Assembly (NCBI RefSeq): GCF_963676685.1
Contig: NC_092349.1
Span: forward strand, 37,138,001-37,202,000
Reading direction: 5' to 3'
Length of the DNA: 64,000 nt
From: Mytilus edulis
Taxonomy: Eukaryota
The notes below the pieces were generated by a model. That model was not told the DNA's origin and did no database searches. It saw only the letters and a program-made list of their open reading frames with translations. Numbering within the stretch: position 1 is the first letter of the stretch; each line of letters begins with the position of its first letter. A program made the translations under genes and the position numbers. This document shows, in pieces, positions 62,336 through 64,000 of the stretch.

Positions 62336-64000
62336 ATAATTCTAACATTTTGTTACACAAAGTAAGCACAGACCTTTCAAACTTAGTATGTGGTAGTTCG
62401 AAGACACGGTTTCGAAGACTGCCATTTGGTTGTTGATTATTGGTGATTTTTTGATAAGTCGAATATGAGTGTTTTTGATTTTTTTTGAATTTTTCCACTT
62501 TTGCTCATTGTTTTATTTTGTAAAAAAAAATCATAAAAGAAGTTGCAACGTCACCTTATATAAACTATTGTATTCCTTTCTGACGAAGCAGTAGTATTTC
62601 CCAAGTGTAAATACTGCTGCTAATTAACATGATTAATTATCCTCTAAAAATAGCCTATGCTATCACAAATGTTCATCTTACAGATTTTGTTATTTATTTA
62701 CTGTAATAAATTGTATTGAATAATGTTTGTAAATCATACCATGTTAACGGTAGCCGGTAAAAAAGGGACGAAAGATACCAAAGGGACAGTGAAATTCATA
62801 AATCGTTAAAGCTACATTCTTTGACCTGGCTTCCTAGGTTTTTGTCTCCAGCGTACATTAGAGTAATGTAGAAACGAGAAAAAGTATATTATGCATGCTA
62901 AATAAGTTCTTAGTATTACCATTATAAATTTATATGGGGATTCAAAAAAAAGAATAAAATAATATCCGTATCAAACCATATATTGATTAAGATGTTTACA
63001 TTAAGTGATGTTGATATACAGCGTAATTGCAATAATGATATTTCATAGTTGCTATAATTAAAAACATTGATATCGAATGCCTTTTGAAAGGATGTAACAA
63101 AATCGTTTTGTACTTTTAACTATACTCTTTATTTTATTTAAATAGTTTTTAAAAAATATATTGTATTGTTAATAAAACTTTAAGTGTTTTATGTGTTTTT
63201 AAAAAGAATTCGGTCTACTACATTCATCATTCCACATGACTGTGACTAGATTATAAATTTAAATGTAACATCACAAAAAAAACCCAACAATATCAATTGT
63301 TGAGAATTACACATTTTGTAAAAATAAAATTAAAAAAAATGCACAATTAATTCTTTTCACACAATTTACCAAGACAAGGATCATGTCAAGGATAACACAT
63401 ATAAATATAACTATACAGTCATGTTATTTTTATTTAACATGTAATATTCAAGATTCGCCGAGAGTTTTTCATTTCGTTTATTGTGCAGTTGATATATTCG
63501 TTAATTGTAAGCGATGAATTCGACAAAAGAAAATAAAACAAATATTTAAGACTTTGATTCAAACTGAATATGTATATGATTTTTGTCAAATGTGTGCTGC
63601 AAATCGATTGGGAGTTAATCTGTACCTCTTTATAAAAGTTATTGTAATTGGCTTATAATAGCATAAACATTACAATGTGTTTTAACACCTAATGCGCATT
63701 TCAACAATCAATGTCTCTCTAGTTATTTTCCAAAGGGTTATCAAAAAGAAGGAGAGATATAAACTAAAACAGACAAAAAAGTATAACCACAGTTCAAAAG
63801 GAGTCTGAGGTTTGCACGAGGGAGATATTTTCCTTAATTTACAATATTTTTCCAACATTTTGTCGCAGCAAAATTACTATGAGGTCTATGTAATGGACGA
63901 ACTTTTGTATTCCTGTTATTTAAAAACAAATATAAATTATCGTTCGACTTTTGATATAAATGGCAATCCTTTCTTACGGAGCTCATTAAATCTAAGCTAT

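Noticed and set aside
60630-64000. Possible divergent gene upstream of the ICE2-like first exon
   Set aside because: No consistent exon chain or coding signal could be identified in this AT-rich stretch.

Overview
AT-rich, repeat-dense eukaryotic genomic DNA, most likely from a marine mussel (Mytilus-type repeat landscape; taxon inferred, not verified). Three host protein-coding genes can be reconstructed by hand. (1) A RING-less B-box/coiled-coil/NHL TRIM-like gene with a single coding exon (minus, 15955-17651) and an apparent 1-bp frameshift in its first B-box. (2) A 4-exon gene on the plus strand (30080-34967), largely missed by the ORF track, encoding a 174-aa secreted prepropeptide with two tandem C-x2-CC-x4-CC-x2-C modules, a KR cleavage site and a C-terminal GKK amidation signal; this is the best candidate for an undescribed system. 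(3) An 8-exon polytopic membrane protein gene (minus, 41698-59919, 360 aa) that resembles fungal ICE2 (SERINC superfamily). The rest is mobile DNA: a Tx1/L1 relic with an unexplained 421-codon ORF between ORF1 and ORF2, an Academ (XPG-type) transposon relic nested in a foldback element, Helentron-type non-autonomous elements with internal tandem arrays, Kolobok/Harbinger/Tc1-type MITEs, Penelope-like and CR1/L2 fragments, SINEs, a hammerhead-ribozyme retrozyme monomer plus decayed copies, micro/minisatellites, and a roughly 3-kb block present three times. All calls come from manual reading and translation; no database searches were run.
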